Program-made: the position numbers and the translations under genes | Shown: in pieces, positions 29,065-37,508 of the stretch | Layout of the letters: the number at the start of each line of letters is the position of its first letter | Position numbering within the stretch: position 1 is the first letter of the stretch | Assembly (NCBI GenBank): GCA_035512495.1 | Contig: DATKDW010000052.1 | Coordinates: 5,256 to 69,255 of the forward strand | Source: Acidimicrobiales bacterium | Lineage (GTDB): Bacteria > Actinomycetota > Acidimicrobiia > Acidimicrobiales > CADCSY01 | DNA: 64,000 bases | Direction: 5' to 3' | The notes under the pieces: model-generated | The model's input: the letters and a program-made list of their open reading frames with translations, nothing else | Database searches by the model: none | What the model was told of the DNA's origin: nothing

Positions 29065-29141
29065 GTGGCCGTAGCTCAGGTGGTTAGAGCGCCGCGTTGT
29101 GGTCGCGGAGGTCGGGGGTTCGAGTCCCCTCGGTCACCCCA
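29065..29141 (+). tRNA. tRNA-His (anticodon GUG) with encoded G-1 and CCA
   Basis: g-gtggccg...cggtcac-c-cca; anticodon loop ttgtggt. Confidence 0.9.
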
Positions 29142-29204
29142 GTCGGAGTGGGAACGTCCCCCGGTCGTCGCACCGGGGGGCGCCCGCTACGCTCCGGCAC
29201 CCTT

Positions 29205-29276
29205 GCGCCTCTAGCTCAATGGCAGAGCAACGGACTCTTAATCCGCAGGTTCTGGGTTCGAATCCCAGGGGGCGCA
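29205..29276 (+). tRNA. tRNA-Lys (anticodon CUU); integration target of the adjacent element
   Basis: Acceptor gcgcctc/ggggcgc, D arm gctc-aatggca-gagc, anticodon loop ctcttaa, T arm ctggg-ttcgaat-cccag. Confidence 0.9.
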
Positions 29277-29314
29277 CTCACCGACACTGCTCTGACCAGG
29301 GCTTGTGCTGGTCC
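29234..29314 (+). repeat. attL-type direct repeat (3' 43 nt of tRNA-Lys plus 38 nt downstream)
   Basis: Identical to 39386-39466 except for one position (a at 29298 versus t at 39450). Confidence 0.9.
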
Positions 29315-29350
29315 GGGCGGCCGTCCGCGGTGCATCGGATGCGCGCCTGG

Positions 29351-29414
29351 CGCGTATCCGGGCGCGATACACCTCCCGATACACCTCCCGATACACCTGC
29401 GCGATGCACCTCGG
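29351..29414 (+). promoter_or_regulatory. arm-type repeat cluster next to attL (candidate Int/Xis binding sites)
   Basis: GCGCGTATCC at 29351, then four tandem ~12-bp units GATACACCTCCC / GATACACCTCCC / GATACACCTGCGC / GATGCACCTC starting at 29366, 29378, 29390 and 29403. Confidence 0.45.
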
Positions 29415-29514
29415 CGCTACCGTGGTCTCTGCGGTCGACGGCCCCGCGATCCATCGAGTCGTCCTTCTCATCCCCGCCTGCCAGGTCGGCAGGCGAGCGG
29501 CACAGGAGGACGCC

Positions 29515-31188
29515 ATGGCATCGCTAGGAGCGCGCTTCGAGGCACAGGTCGACCGGTCGGGCGAGCACCACCGCTGGCTCGGCGCCACCAACCCTGCCCG
29601 GGGAACGGGCCGGCTGAAGGTCGACGGCCGCCAGGTCACCGCCCACCGGGTGGCGTGGGAGCTTGCCCACGGGCCGGTACCGGCCGGCGCTCGGGTGCTG
29701 GCGTGCGACGAGGAGCCGGCCTGCGTGCGGCTCGACCACCTGAAGCTCGACGGCCCTGATGCGGCCGATGAGGCGCCCAAGCCCCGTGCCCGCAAGGGCA
29801 TGGGGTCGCTCCGCCGGTTGGGCCCGGGCAGGTGGAAGCTCACGGTCACCGGCACCCATGCCGACGGGACGACCGACCGCCTGTACCGGGTCGTCCACGC
29901 CGACACGGAGCAGGCAGCGCGCGCCGAGCAAGCCCGCGTCGTCACCGAGGTGCGGGCGGCCGACGGGACGACCCGCGCCGAGGCACATCGGGTCGACCTC
30001 GACGCCGCCGTGAAGCGCTTCCTCTACGAGCACCTCCTCGACGAGCGCGGCCGGGAGCCCAAGACGGTCGACGACTACTGGAAGCTCCACCGCCGGTGGT
30101 TCGCGCCGGCCCTCGGCCGCCGGCCCGTCCGCGACCTCACCCGGCCGATGTTCGACGCCCGCTTCGGCGAGATGCGCCGTGCCGGGTTGAGCCGGTCCCG
30201 GATGAACCAGGCCCGCAGCCTCTACGCCCCGCTCTTCCGCTGGGCGATCCACCAGGGCATGACGGCGAGGAACCCCATGAGCGGCTTCGAGCTGCCGACG
30301 AGCACCCATGTCGCTCGTGAGATCACGCCGCCGGAGGTGGAGGAGGTCGCCCTGCTCTTGGGCACAGCGTTCGAGGTCGTCCCCGAGGTCGCCGAGGTGC
30401 TCGTGCTCGGGGCGACGACCGGGATGCGCCGCGGAGAGCTGGTCGGCGTGCGCGAGTCGGTGCTCCGACTGGACGAGGGGTGCCTCCGGGTGACGACCGC
30501 CGTCTCCGGCAAGCGGGTCAAGCCGACGAAGACGCGCACCGAGCGCGACGTCGCCCTCGACGACGACACGGTTGCGATGCTCCGGCGCATCCTCCAGCAG
30601 CGGTACGAGCTGGCCGAGGCAGCAGGTGTCCCGATCGCCGAGGATCCTTACCTGTTCAGCGTGGCCGTCGACTCGTCGACGCCCATGTCACCCGACTACG
30701 TGACCAGGCGGGTGGCCGTGCTCAAGAGCCACCTCGGCATCGAAGCGAAGCGCCCCGAGACGATCGCAGCCGAGGACGAAGCACTGCGCCTGCATCGGGA
30801 GGCTCGCCGCCCGCGTCCCTCCGGGCGGACCGGGCCGACGCCGAAGGGCGGGATGTCGTTCGCCGAGATCGGGCGCTCGCTCGGTCGCAGCGAGCGGTGG
30901 GCGGCGATGGCGGTCGCTGCCGCCGAGCGCCGCGAGGCGTGGGCGCCGGCCGGAACGACGAGCCGGTTCGACGGTTCGGTGCTCGCGCTGCGCAAGTTCA
31001 CCTCGAGCGAGCTGCTCGACGCCGGCTTCAGCGTGAGTGCCGTCGCGCAACGGCAGGGCCACGGTCCACAGGTCCTCGTCAAGCACTACGGCAAGCGTCG
31101 CCTGTCCGCCGACCGGAAGGCAGCCGAGCACCTCGGAAGAGTCGTCCACCTCCCGCTTGCACCGACCAGGATGGATGCGAATGGCTGA
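29515..31188 (+). CDS. int: tyrosine-type site-specific integrase (long form, 557 aa)
   Basis: ATG 29515 is preceded by AGGAGG. N-terminal HNH_3-like module 'HHRWLGATN...AHRVAWELAHGPVP...CVRLDHL', core-binding region, catalytic 'LGATTGMRRGEL', 'ALRKF' and 'GHGPQVLVKHYGK' (Tyr nucleophile context). Confidence 0.85.
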   Translation: MASLGARFEAQVDRSGEHHRWLGATNPARGTGRLKVDGRQVTAHRVAWELAHGPVPAGARVLACDEEPACVRLDHLKLDGPDAADEAPKPRARKGMGSLRRLGPGRWKLTVTGTHADGTTDRLYRVVHADTEQAARAEQARVVTEVRAADGTTRAEAHRVDLDAAVKRFLYEHLLDERGREPKTVDDYWKLHRRWFAPALGRRPVRDLTRPMFDARFGEMRRAGLSRSRMNQARSLYAPLFRWAIHQGMTARNPMSGFELPTSTHVAREITPPEVEEVALLLGTAFEVVPEVAEVLVLGATTGMRRGELVGVRESVLRLDEGCLRVTTAVSGKRVKPTKTRTERDVALDDDTVAMLRRILQQRYELAEAAGVPIAEDPYLFSVAVDSSTPMSPDYVTRRVAVLKSHLGIEAKRPETIAAEDEALRLHREARRPRPSGRTGPTPKGGMSFAEIGRSLGRSERWAAMAVAAAERREAWAPAGTTSRFDGSVLALRKFTSSELLDAGFSVSAVAQRQGHGPQVLVKHYGKRRLSADRKAAEHLGRVVHLPLAPTRMDANG

Positions 31189-31495
31189 CCCGCTCCCGCG
31201 ACCGAAGGTGTGGCGACATCGCAAGCTCATCAGCGAACACGCCTTCGACAAGCTGCGCCTCCTCGACTGCACCTTGGCCGAGTTCGAGACCGCCATCGAG
31301 TCGGCCGAGATCATCGAAGCGGTCGAACTTCCAGGGGCCTCCGGAGCCGCGAAGGAGCTGGTGCTTGCCATCGAGTGGACGCGGCCGCTCCACCTCGTCG
31401 TCGTCGTCGACGACGACCGGGCAGAGGAGCGGATCGTCACCGTCTACGAACCGGACCCGCAACGGTGGTCCGGGGACTACCGTAGGAGGCGCTGA
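31181..31495 (+). CDS. DUF4258-family toxin-like protein
   Basis: 'KLISEHAFDKLRLLDCTLAEFETAIESAEIIE...RPLHLVVVVDDDRAEERIVTVYEPD' matches the DUF4258 pattern. The start overlaps the integrase stop by 8 nt. Confidence 0.75.
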   Translation: MADPLPRPKVWRHRKLISEHAFDKLRLLDCTLAEFETAIESAEIIEAVELPGASGAAKELVLAIEWTRPLHLVVVVDDDRAEERIVTVYEPDPQRWSGDYRRRR

Positions 31496-31737
31496 TGCGA
31501 TGCGAACGCTGTGATCAAGGCGAGCGTCGGCCCGTGAAGCGGGCAAAGCTCGCGGAACGCGACGGCAGGGTCGCTGTGGTGCTCGGCGTGCCGATGGAGG
31601 AGTGCCCTGCGTGCGCAGAGCGATGGCTCGCTTGGGACGTCGCAAAGCAGCTCGACGCTCTCCTGAGGGACATGCTCGCGGGCGATGTCGAGGTAGCGAC
31701 TCGGCACTACACGGCGAGCGATCTCCCGGCGGCATAG
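31495..31737 (+). CDS. YgiT/MqsA-type zinc-ribbon antitoxin-like protein
   Basis: 'MRCERCDQGE...VVLGVPMEECPACAERW' has a CxxC...CxxC zinc ribbon. The ATG overlaps the stop of the DUF4258 gene (TGATG). Confidence 0.75.
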   Translation: MRCERCDQGERRPVKRAKLAERDGRVAVVLGVPMEECPACAERWLAWDVAKQLDALLRDMLAGDVEVATRHYTASDLPAA

Positions 31738-31748
31738 AGGCCTCTTCC

Positions 31749-33043
31749 TCACCGGCCGATGCCCATCCCTCGGCTCCTGCTGGCCATCTCCTGGGCGGCC
31801 GAGCGGGCGACCGCGTCCCGAAGGGTCACGAGCCCGTCCGGCGGCTGGTGCCCGACGCCGTGGGCCTCGATGGCGTCGGCGTCGTCGCTGACGACGTAGA
31901 CGCGGTTCGCCATGCGGCCGCGGGAGAGGCCGGTGTAGGCCGCCTCGCGGTAGGACAGGTCGTCGACGAGGAGCAGGCCGACGTCCACCGTGGCGCCCTG
32001 TGCCTTGTGGACCGTGGTGGCGTAGCCGTGGGCGAGGTGCCCGGCGGCGAGGTAGCGGTGTCGCACCTCGACCGTCCGGCCTTCGCAGGTCTGGACGATC
32101 AACGCCTTGCGCTTGGGATCGACGGCGGTGACGGTGGCCCGGGTGCCGTTGAGGAGGCCCATGCGGTAGTCGTTGCGGCCGGCGATGACGCTGTCGCCCA
32201 CGGCGAAGGCTCGGCCGGCCACCTGGACCTCCTTCCCGGTGAGCAGGCCGGCCTCCACGAGCTGGTGGCGTGCCCGGCGGTTGAGGGCATCCACCTGGGA
32301 CCGACGGCCGGCGAGCATGAGCACGTCCTCCCCGGCGCCTCGGGCGGTCGCCCAGTCAGCGACCATCGCGTCGTAGACGTCGTCGCTGTTGTCGGCGACT
32401 CGAACCCGTCCGGCGGCGAGGTAGGCGTCGACGGCCTGGTTCGGGTTCCCATCGCGGAGGGCGGCGAGGGCGGTCTGCTCCCAGGCCTCGGCCTGCCGGC
32501 GGTTCTGACGGAGCGTCACCGAGCCGAGCTCCGCTCCGAGGGCGGCGAAGGCCCCGCCGGCGTTGATCTCCGGCAGCTGGCGGTGATCGCCGACCAGGAC
32601 GACCTTGGCCCGACTCTCGGCTGCGAGGTCGAGGAGCCGGGCGAGGTGGCGAGTACCGACCATGCCGGCCTCGTCGATGACGAGCACGTCGCCGGGCAGT
32701 CGGCCGCCGTCGCGCTCCACGGCGCGCAGCAGCCGGTCGATGGTCGACGATTCGATGCCGGAGCTTCGCTGCAGCTCGGCGGCCGCACGGGCGGCCAGGG
32801 CACAGCCGATGACCCGGTACCCGGAGGTCGCCCAGCGCCGGTGAGGGCGTTGAGCGCCCTCGCAACCGTGTCCTTGTTCAGAGACACGGCCGCACCGAGG
32901 CTCCTCACGCTGGCGCGCACGACGACCGCATCGCCATCCTGTTCGCGCTGGCCGAGCAAGAGCTCCTCGAGCACGAACCATGCCACGGGCCCAAGGTCCC
33001 GTCGCAGCGGCGCCGACCGCGCGTCGAGCTGGAGGGCGCTCAT
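31749..33043 (-). pseudogene. frameshifted RecD/TraA-like (AAA_30 + UvrD_C-type) SF1 helicase lacking a relaxase domain
   Basis: Frame 1 runs from ATG 33043 to about 32830 and ends '...SLNKDTVARALNALTGA'. An offset frame then continues 'WATSGYRVIGCALAARAAAELQRSSGIESSTIDRLL...VLVIDEAGMV...VLVGDHRQLPEI...TVHKAQGATVD'. One missing nucleotide near 32830 would join the two. The Walker A position reads SLNKDT instead of GxGKT. Confidence 0.6.
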
Positions 33044-33222
33044 GCCGTGTCCGAGCGCTCTGCCCGGAGCAGGTCGTCCAGGCAGCGCCGAGGGATGATG
33101 AGGCGCCGACCGAGCCGGATCGACGGGATCTCGCCCCGCCGCACGAGGTCATAGGCGAAGGCACGGGAGATGCCGAGAAGCCGTGCGGCTTCGTCGACGG
33201 TGAGCGTGAGCCGCTCGTCCAT
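33040..33222 (-). CDS. xis: excisionase-family helix-turn-helix DNA-binding protein
   Basis: 'LTVDEAARLLGISRAFAYDLVRRGEIPSIRLGRRLIIPR' is the classic excisionase/MerR-like HTH. GGAGGA lies upstream of the ATG. Confidence 0.85.
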   Translation of the reverse strand: MDERLTLTVDEAARLLGISRAFAYDLVRRGEIPSIRLGRRLIIPRRCLDDLLRAERSDTA

Positions 33223-33356
33223 CAGGATCCTCCGAACACAGAGGGGCGCGGGGCGCCGTCAGATGGAAGGAGCGCTGCACGGCCGGCTCCTCGACGACCT
33301 CAGGCGGTTGAGGGGCACCAGGTGATCCTGAGAGACCCTCCAGTCCACTAGGCCGT

Positions 33357-33503
33357 TCAGCGGACCAAAATCTCGCGCCAGAAGTGAGAATCCATCCGAG
33401 GCGTCATCGGGCTCGGAGCGGCCACAGCGCCGTCGGGTCGGGCGTCGATCAGGGCAGGCCCCACTGCTCCAGCCGCAGCAAGCAGCGCTTCCTCGTCAAG
33501 CAT
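33357..33503 (-). CDS. hypothetical small protein (48 aa)
   Basis: ATG 33503 is preceded by GAGG, 20 nt after the upstream gene's stop. No similarity recognised. Weak call. Confidence 0.3.
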   Translation of the reverse strand: MLDEEALLAAAGAVGPALIDARPDGAVAAPSPMTPRMDSHFWREILVR

Positions 33504-33523
33504 GACGACCTCAAAGGCAGCTG

Positions 33524-33883
33524 TCAGGTGTCGTCTCTGCGACCAGCGCTCTCGGCCCACCAATCGCGCTCCTCGCCTCGGTCGCGCATGTGTGCAAGCG
33601 CGGTCGCGGCCTGCAGCCACTGGCCGCCGCTCGATCCACAGAAGGTCCAGAGCTGCCCCGCAGCCCGCTTGTAGCGGTGGATCAGATCGTCGAGCTCGAA
33701 CTCGTCGATCTCGCCCGCATCAAGCAGGTCGAAGCCCTCGCGAACGTGCTCGAGCAACACCCGGAGCTGTTCCTGGTGGTAGGCCCCGACAATCGCACGC
33801 GCCTCGCGCCGCTTCGCCTTCTCGCTCGAAGCGTCAGGGGCACGCTCTTTCTCGGCCATGAAGTCTGAACGTAGTTCTGCCAC
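33524..33883 (-). CDS. hypothetical protein (119 aa), island-borne
   Basis: Protein-like composition ('AYHQEQLRVLLEHVREGFDLLDAGEIDEFELDDLIHRYKRAAGQLW'). No family recognised. The start may instead be the second ATG (33859). Confidence 0.5.
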   Translation of the reverse strand: MAELRSDFMAEKERAPDASSEKAKRREARAIVGAYHQEQLRVLLEHVREGFDLLDAGEIDEFELDDLIHRYKRAAGQLWTFCGSSGGQWLQAATALAHMRDRGEERDWWAESAGRRDDT

Positions 33884-33980
33884 ACCCTGAGACGCTCGCG
33901 AATGGCTGATCGGAAGAGGTGGGCCGCGCCGAGTATCGAAGGCACGTCGGTGCGGCGTCGCGGGACTTCGTTGGGGCCGG

Positions 33981-35114
33981 TCAGTAGACGATCAGGCGTG
34001 CAGGTTTGCGAAGTGCTTCGCCATTCTCCAGGTGGAGAACAATCACCCCTTCGTACTCGCCGGGTGGCAGGTCGATCGGCCCGAACGTGGCGTAGGCCAC
34101 GGTCCGGTCGGCGTCCGTGGTGTACCAGCGTTGGGCTCCGTCGATGAAGGTGCGCTCCGCAGCGGCGGGATCGCCCTCTGGGCGGAGAGTGAGCCGGGTG
34201 TCGGTGATGCGGACGGTGCAGGAACGCTGGACGGCAGCGATCGAGATGTAGGCGGAGGTTGTGTCGTTGCGGGAGACGCCTGCCTCGTCTGGCTGCTGGT
34301 CGACGGTAAGCGTTCCGGGGTCGCAGGCGGGAATCTGCGGCTCGAGACGGATCGGAAGGCTGGCAACACGGCCGTCGTGCTGAGGCACACGCAACTCGTA
34401 AGCCCCCGGCTTCGTGAACAGCTCGGCGGTGAACACGTCTTGGCGTGACTCCCCAGGGGCCAGGTCAACAGGCGCATGGCGGATCATTGGACAGGCAGGA
34501 CCCGTTCGGGGTGCCGGCTCCCCCTCAGCAGTGAAGAGCACCCCCGGGCCAGGACAGCGCTCGAAGATCATGGAGCAGGTCTCCGTGCCTTCGTTCGTGA
34601 CGGTCTCGACGTAGTCGGCCCGGCCGCCCGCTGCTGCGGCGATCTCATCGGGCGTGCCCGTCGTGGCCCAGACGGTCTGGCTGCGAAGGCCCTGGCAGTT
34701 CTCACCGTCCGGTGGATCGACGATTTCTGACACGGTTCCCACACGAGCCGGCGCTGCGGGCGTCGTGGAGGACGTTGTGGTCGCTGCCGTGGTTGTAGTT
34801 GTTGTCGTCTCGTCCGGGGTCTCTGTAGCTGCGCTGGTCGGTGCTGTCGAGGTTTCTGGCGCCGTGCTCGCTTCGTCATCGGCCGAATCGGCGACGGTCT
34901 CGAGGCTGGAGGAGCTTCCGGTGGTGGCGAGGACCGCGACGAGGCCAGCGACGAGCAGGAGGACCGCTGCAGCGGCGAGCACGACGGGACCCCGCCTGGC
35001 GTCTGAGGCCCACGAGGTCTTCCGGCGTTGATGGAGTCGTACGTCGTCGATCGGGATCGGGTCGTCGATGTCTTCACTCCAAGCTCGGATCTGCGGTTCG
35101 AGATCGTCGGTCAC
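33981..35114 (-). CDS. anti-sigma-like single-pass membrane protein with Thr/Ser-rich linker and two Cys-containing DUF4232-like extracytoplasmic domains
   Basis: Short cytoplasmic N-terminus, TM 'VVLAAAAVLLLVAGLVAVLA', linker 'ETTTTTTTAATTTSSTT', then two modules with the pattern C...N.G...C (for example 'PACDPGTLTV...RSCTVRITD'). Start overlaps the stop of the sigma-like gene (ATGA). Confidence 0.65.
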   Translation of the reverse strand: MTDDLEPQIRAWSEDIDDPIPIDDVRLHQRRKTSWASDARRGPVVLAAAAVLLLVAGLVAVLATTGSSSSLETVADSADDEASTAPETSTAPTSAATETPDETTTTTTTAATTTSSTTPAAPARVGTVSEIVDPPDGENCQGLRSQTVWATTGTPDEIAAAAGGRADYVETVTNEGTETCSMIFERCPGPGVLFTAEGEPAPRTGPACPMIRHAPVDLAPGESRQDVFTAELFTKPGAYELRVPQHDGRVASLPIRLEPQIPACDPGTLTVDQQPDEAGVSRNDTTSAYISIAAVQRSCTVRITDTRLTLRPEGDPAAAERTFIDGAQRWYTTDADRTVAYATFGPIDLPPGEYEGVIVLHLENGEALRKPARLIVY

Positions 35115-35455
35115 AGGACCACCCCCAGTCGTTGACGAAGTGCGGTCACGCCTCGCTCGACATGGCTCTGCACCGTGGACTTTGTGACCCCGAGCACCTC
35201 GGCCGCCTCGACGAAGGACCAGCCGTAGCCATGCACCAAAGCGACAGCGGATCGCTGCTTCGTCGGCAGCGCTGCCAGCGCGGACGGGAGACCCGGCTCG
35301 TATCTCGTCTCTCCGTCACTGATCGGCGCGCCGAGCCATCCTTGACGGCGTCGACGGGCCTTGGACTGCCCGACGCGGTAGAGGTAGCCGACTTCGTTGT
35401 CCAATGACCGCAACCGATCCCGGTCGCCGCCCGACGCAGGTTCGGCCCGCCACAC
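35111..35455 (-). CDS. sigma-70/ECF-family fragment retaining only the linker and region 4 (N-terminally truncated)
   Basis: 'GYLYRVGQSKARRRRQ' matches the end of region 2, and 'LPTKQRSAVALVHGYGWSFVEAAEVLGVTKSTVQSHVERGVTALRQRL' matches the region 4 HTH. No region 2.1-2.2 lies upstream. Confidence 0.6.
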   Translation of the reverse strand: MWRAEPASGGDRDRLRSLDNEVGYLYRVGQSKARRRRQGWLGAPISDGETRYEPGLPSALAALPTKQRSAVALVHGYGWSFVEAAEVLGVTKSTVQSHVERGVTALRQRLGVVL

Positions 35456-35641
35456 CTACAGATTCTGCCTCTCTTCTGCCATCTCGAGTCGCTGCTCCAC
35501 TGAGACAAGCCGCTCTTCAAGCTCAGGATCGCGCCGCCCGGTGAACCAGAGCACCAACGCGATGATCATGAGAACAGGCGAGAGGAAGTAGGCGACTGTC
35601 TGCAACCCAGCAAGATCCACGACTACCTCCGAGGCTGTCAT
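35456..35641 (-). CDS. hypothetical small single-TM protein (61 aa)
   Basis: TM 'VAYFLSPVLMIIALVLWF' followed by a charged helix. Its stop abuts the start of the sigma fragment. Confidence 0.4.
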   Translation of the reverse strand: MTASEVVVDLAGLQTVAYFLSPVLMIIALVLWFTGRRDPELEERLVSVEQRLEMAEERQNL

Positions 35642-35892
35642 CGGCCGTGGTCAAGATTGGCCTCGACCCTTTCTTATCATTTCGGCACCGACCCCCTGAT
35701 GTCCTTGTAGGAACCCCTTCGCGGAGCCTGTCTTTCTAATCGCGCAGGCACCGAGTGGACGGGCCGGGCATCGCCGGACGCTGCGCACCGAGTCCGCGCC
35801 GACCTGAGAATCGCGAGCGGTCAGCTGCCACGTGCGGCTGGCCATTCCCGCACCATCAAGCGGCACGTAGGGGCGGTCATCCCGGAGCGCGC

Positions 35893-36471
35893 TCAGTTGT
35901 CGTAGCGGCCAGTCAGGGTCGTCGCGAGTTCGAGCAGCTGGCCCCGGCTGATTCCTGACTGGTAGGCCGTGAGTCCGAAGTTGTCGCCTTCGTCGTTGAC
36001 CAGCACGGAAACGGCCCCGTCGATGCGTGGTTCTTCACTGGGTCGGGAGTAGGTCGCCGCCAGCCCAGGCGTGTCGAGAATCTCCACGTCATCTCCCCAC
36101 GCGCTTCGGAACGTCTCGATATCCGGGAATCTGCCGAAGTTCAGCTGAACGATGATCGCAGCATCCCCGCCGACAGCCCGATAGATGCAGTGCTGCCCCG
36201 CCGCTGCGTCGACCATCGGGATGTCTTCATCGGGGATCCGCTCACCTTCGCTCTCGGCGAACTCGACGAATCCAACCTCGGCGACCTCTGCCCCGAACAG
36301 CTCACTTGCATCAGCTTCTCGAAGCAGTCCGCAAGGGCCGTCGAGCGCGACTTCCTCACCTGAGTCGCTACAGCCGGCCGCTCCGAGCACCGCCAGTAGT
36401 GCTCCCAGACCGACCGCTCGCTGCCATCTGGTTCGAAGCATGCTTGGAGCCACGGGGTACGGATTCGACAT
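35893..36471 (-). CDS. hypothetical lipoprotein
   Basis: Signal peptide with lipobox 'LLAVLGAAGC'. No family recognised. Confidence 0.65.
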   Translation of the reverse strand: MSNPYPVAPSMLRTRWQRAVGLGALLAVLGAAGCSDSGEEVALDGPCGLLREADASELFGAEVAEVGFVEFAESEGERIPDEDIPMVDAAAGQHCIYRAVGGDAAIIVQLNFGRFPDIETFRSAWGDDVEILDTPGLAATYSRPSEEPRIDGAVSVLVNDEGDNFGLTAYQSGISRGQLLELATTLTGRYDN

Positions 36472-36631
36472 CAGACTCGTGCAATCCTCCTCATCGGGTA
36501 CTGCCTATCGCTGACAGCGGTGTGCCTCCGCGCGGTTCCCGGCTCGAGGGCGTCCGCGCCACGCCGATCAGGCTTGGTCGCGTGCGGCTACCACATCCGG
36601 AGAACCGGCTTGCGTCGCCGCCACCGAGCAC

Positions 36632-37252
36632 TTATGTATCGAGTGAGACCTCGTCCCAGTCCTCGCTCGATAGGAGCCACTCGAGTGCTCGACGTCGTTC
36701 CACGATTGCCAGCGGCACTGCACGGGAGCTCCAAGCCGTCCCCCTAAGCGTCGCTTCGACAACGCCCCAGTGAAGACAGAAGGCAAGGTCGAGCGCAGCG
36801 ATCAGCTCGGCCTTGCTTCGGAGGTGAGCACGCGTCACCGCAGCCTCAACACCCTGCGGATCAGGGGGAGGGTGCGGCACCGCCTTCACCAGGTGATTCG
36901 GTGCTTCGACTGTGAAGTCGAGCGCGTCGGGAATGAGCTGGACCGCCCAGGCAAGAGCAAAAATCGCTTCGGGTCGGGCCGCCTCCTCGTCGTCCGGCGA
37001 GTGAGCCTCTGCGAGTAGGTACGCAACCTCGGTATCCGACAGCGCCTCGTCGAGACCTTCACCCGCGACCCAAGCTCGAGCGACGGCGGGCTGACATCCG
37101 TACGCGGTCGCGGCGACTGCTGACAGCACGCCGATGCGGCGCACGACGGCGTCAGTCGATCTCGGACGGAGTCCGCCATCGAGGAGTGGGAAGTGCTCGG
37201 GAGGCGTAGCAGCACCGACTTCCTGCACATCGGCCAGCGACTTCGCACGCAC
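36632..37252 (-). CDS. DUF4272-like protein (start uncertain)
   Basis: C-terminal 'CLHWGVVEA...IVERRRALEWLLSSEDWDEVSLDT' resembles the DUF4272 signature as I recall it. Candidate GTG starts lie at 37252 and 37288. Confidence 0.5.
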   Translation of the reverse strand: MRAKSLADVQEVGAATPPEHFPLLDGGLRPRSTDAVVRRIGVLSAVAATAYGCQPAVARAWVAGEGLDEALSDTEVAYLLAEAHSPDDEEAARPEAIFALAWAVQLIPDALDFTVEAPNHLVKAVPHPPPDPQGVEAAVTRAHLRSKAELIAALDLAFCLHWGVVEATLRGTAWSSRAVPLAIVERRRALEWLLSSEDWDEVSLDT

Positions 37253-37508
37253 CTCACGGAGCTTCGGCCGACGTCGCAACACCCGCACAGATTGCCGGTT
37301 GAGCCAGCGTCGCCGCCACTGCGAACTGGGTGATCGGAGCGGTCGCGTCCAGATGGCGCTCCGAGGCCACCAACACACGGCACCTCGGCGCGTCCTCTAC
37401 CCGGTGATGGGGGCACATCGCAGTGCGGCTCCACGACCAGGACGTCGTGCTTCCGGCGTTGTGGCACCTTGCTGCGACGTAACCACCGACGGCGGGAGAC
37501 GAGACCGC

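Noticed and set aside
29158-29179. Hairpin cccccgg-N8-ccggggg between tRNA-His and tRNA-Lys
   Set aside because: The stem-loop is real in the sequence, but it has no U-tract. It is most simply a spacer or processing structure within a tRNA cluster, so it is not reported as a terminator.
35651-35866. 71-aa minus-strand ORF between the small TM protein and the lipoprotein gene
   Set aside because: No RBS or motif was found, and the composition is atypical. It is probably intergenic.
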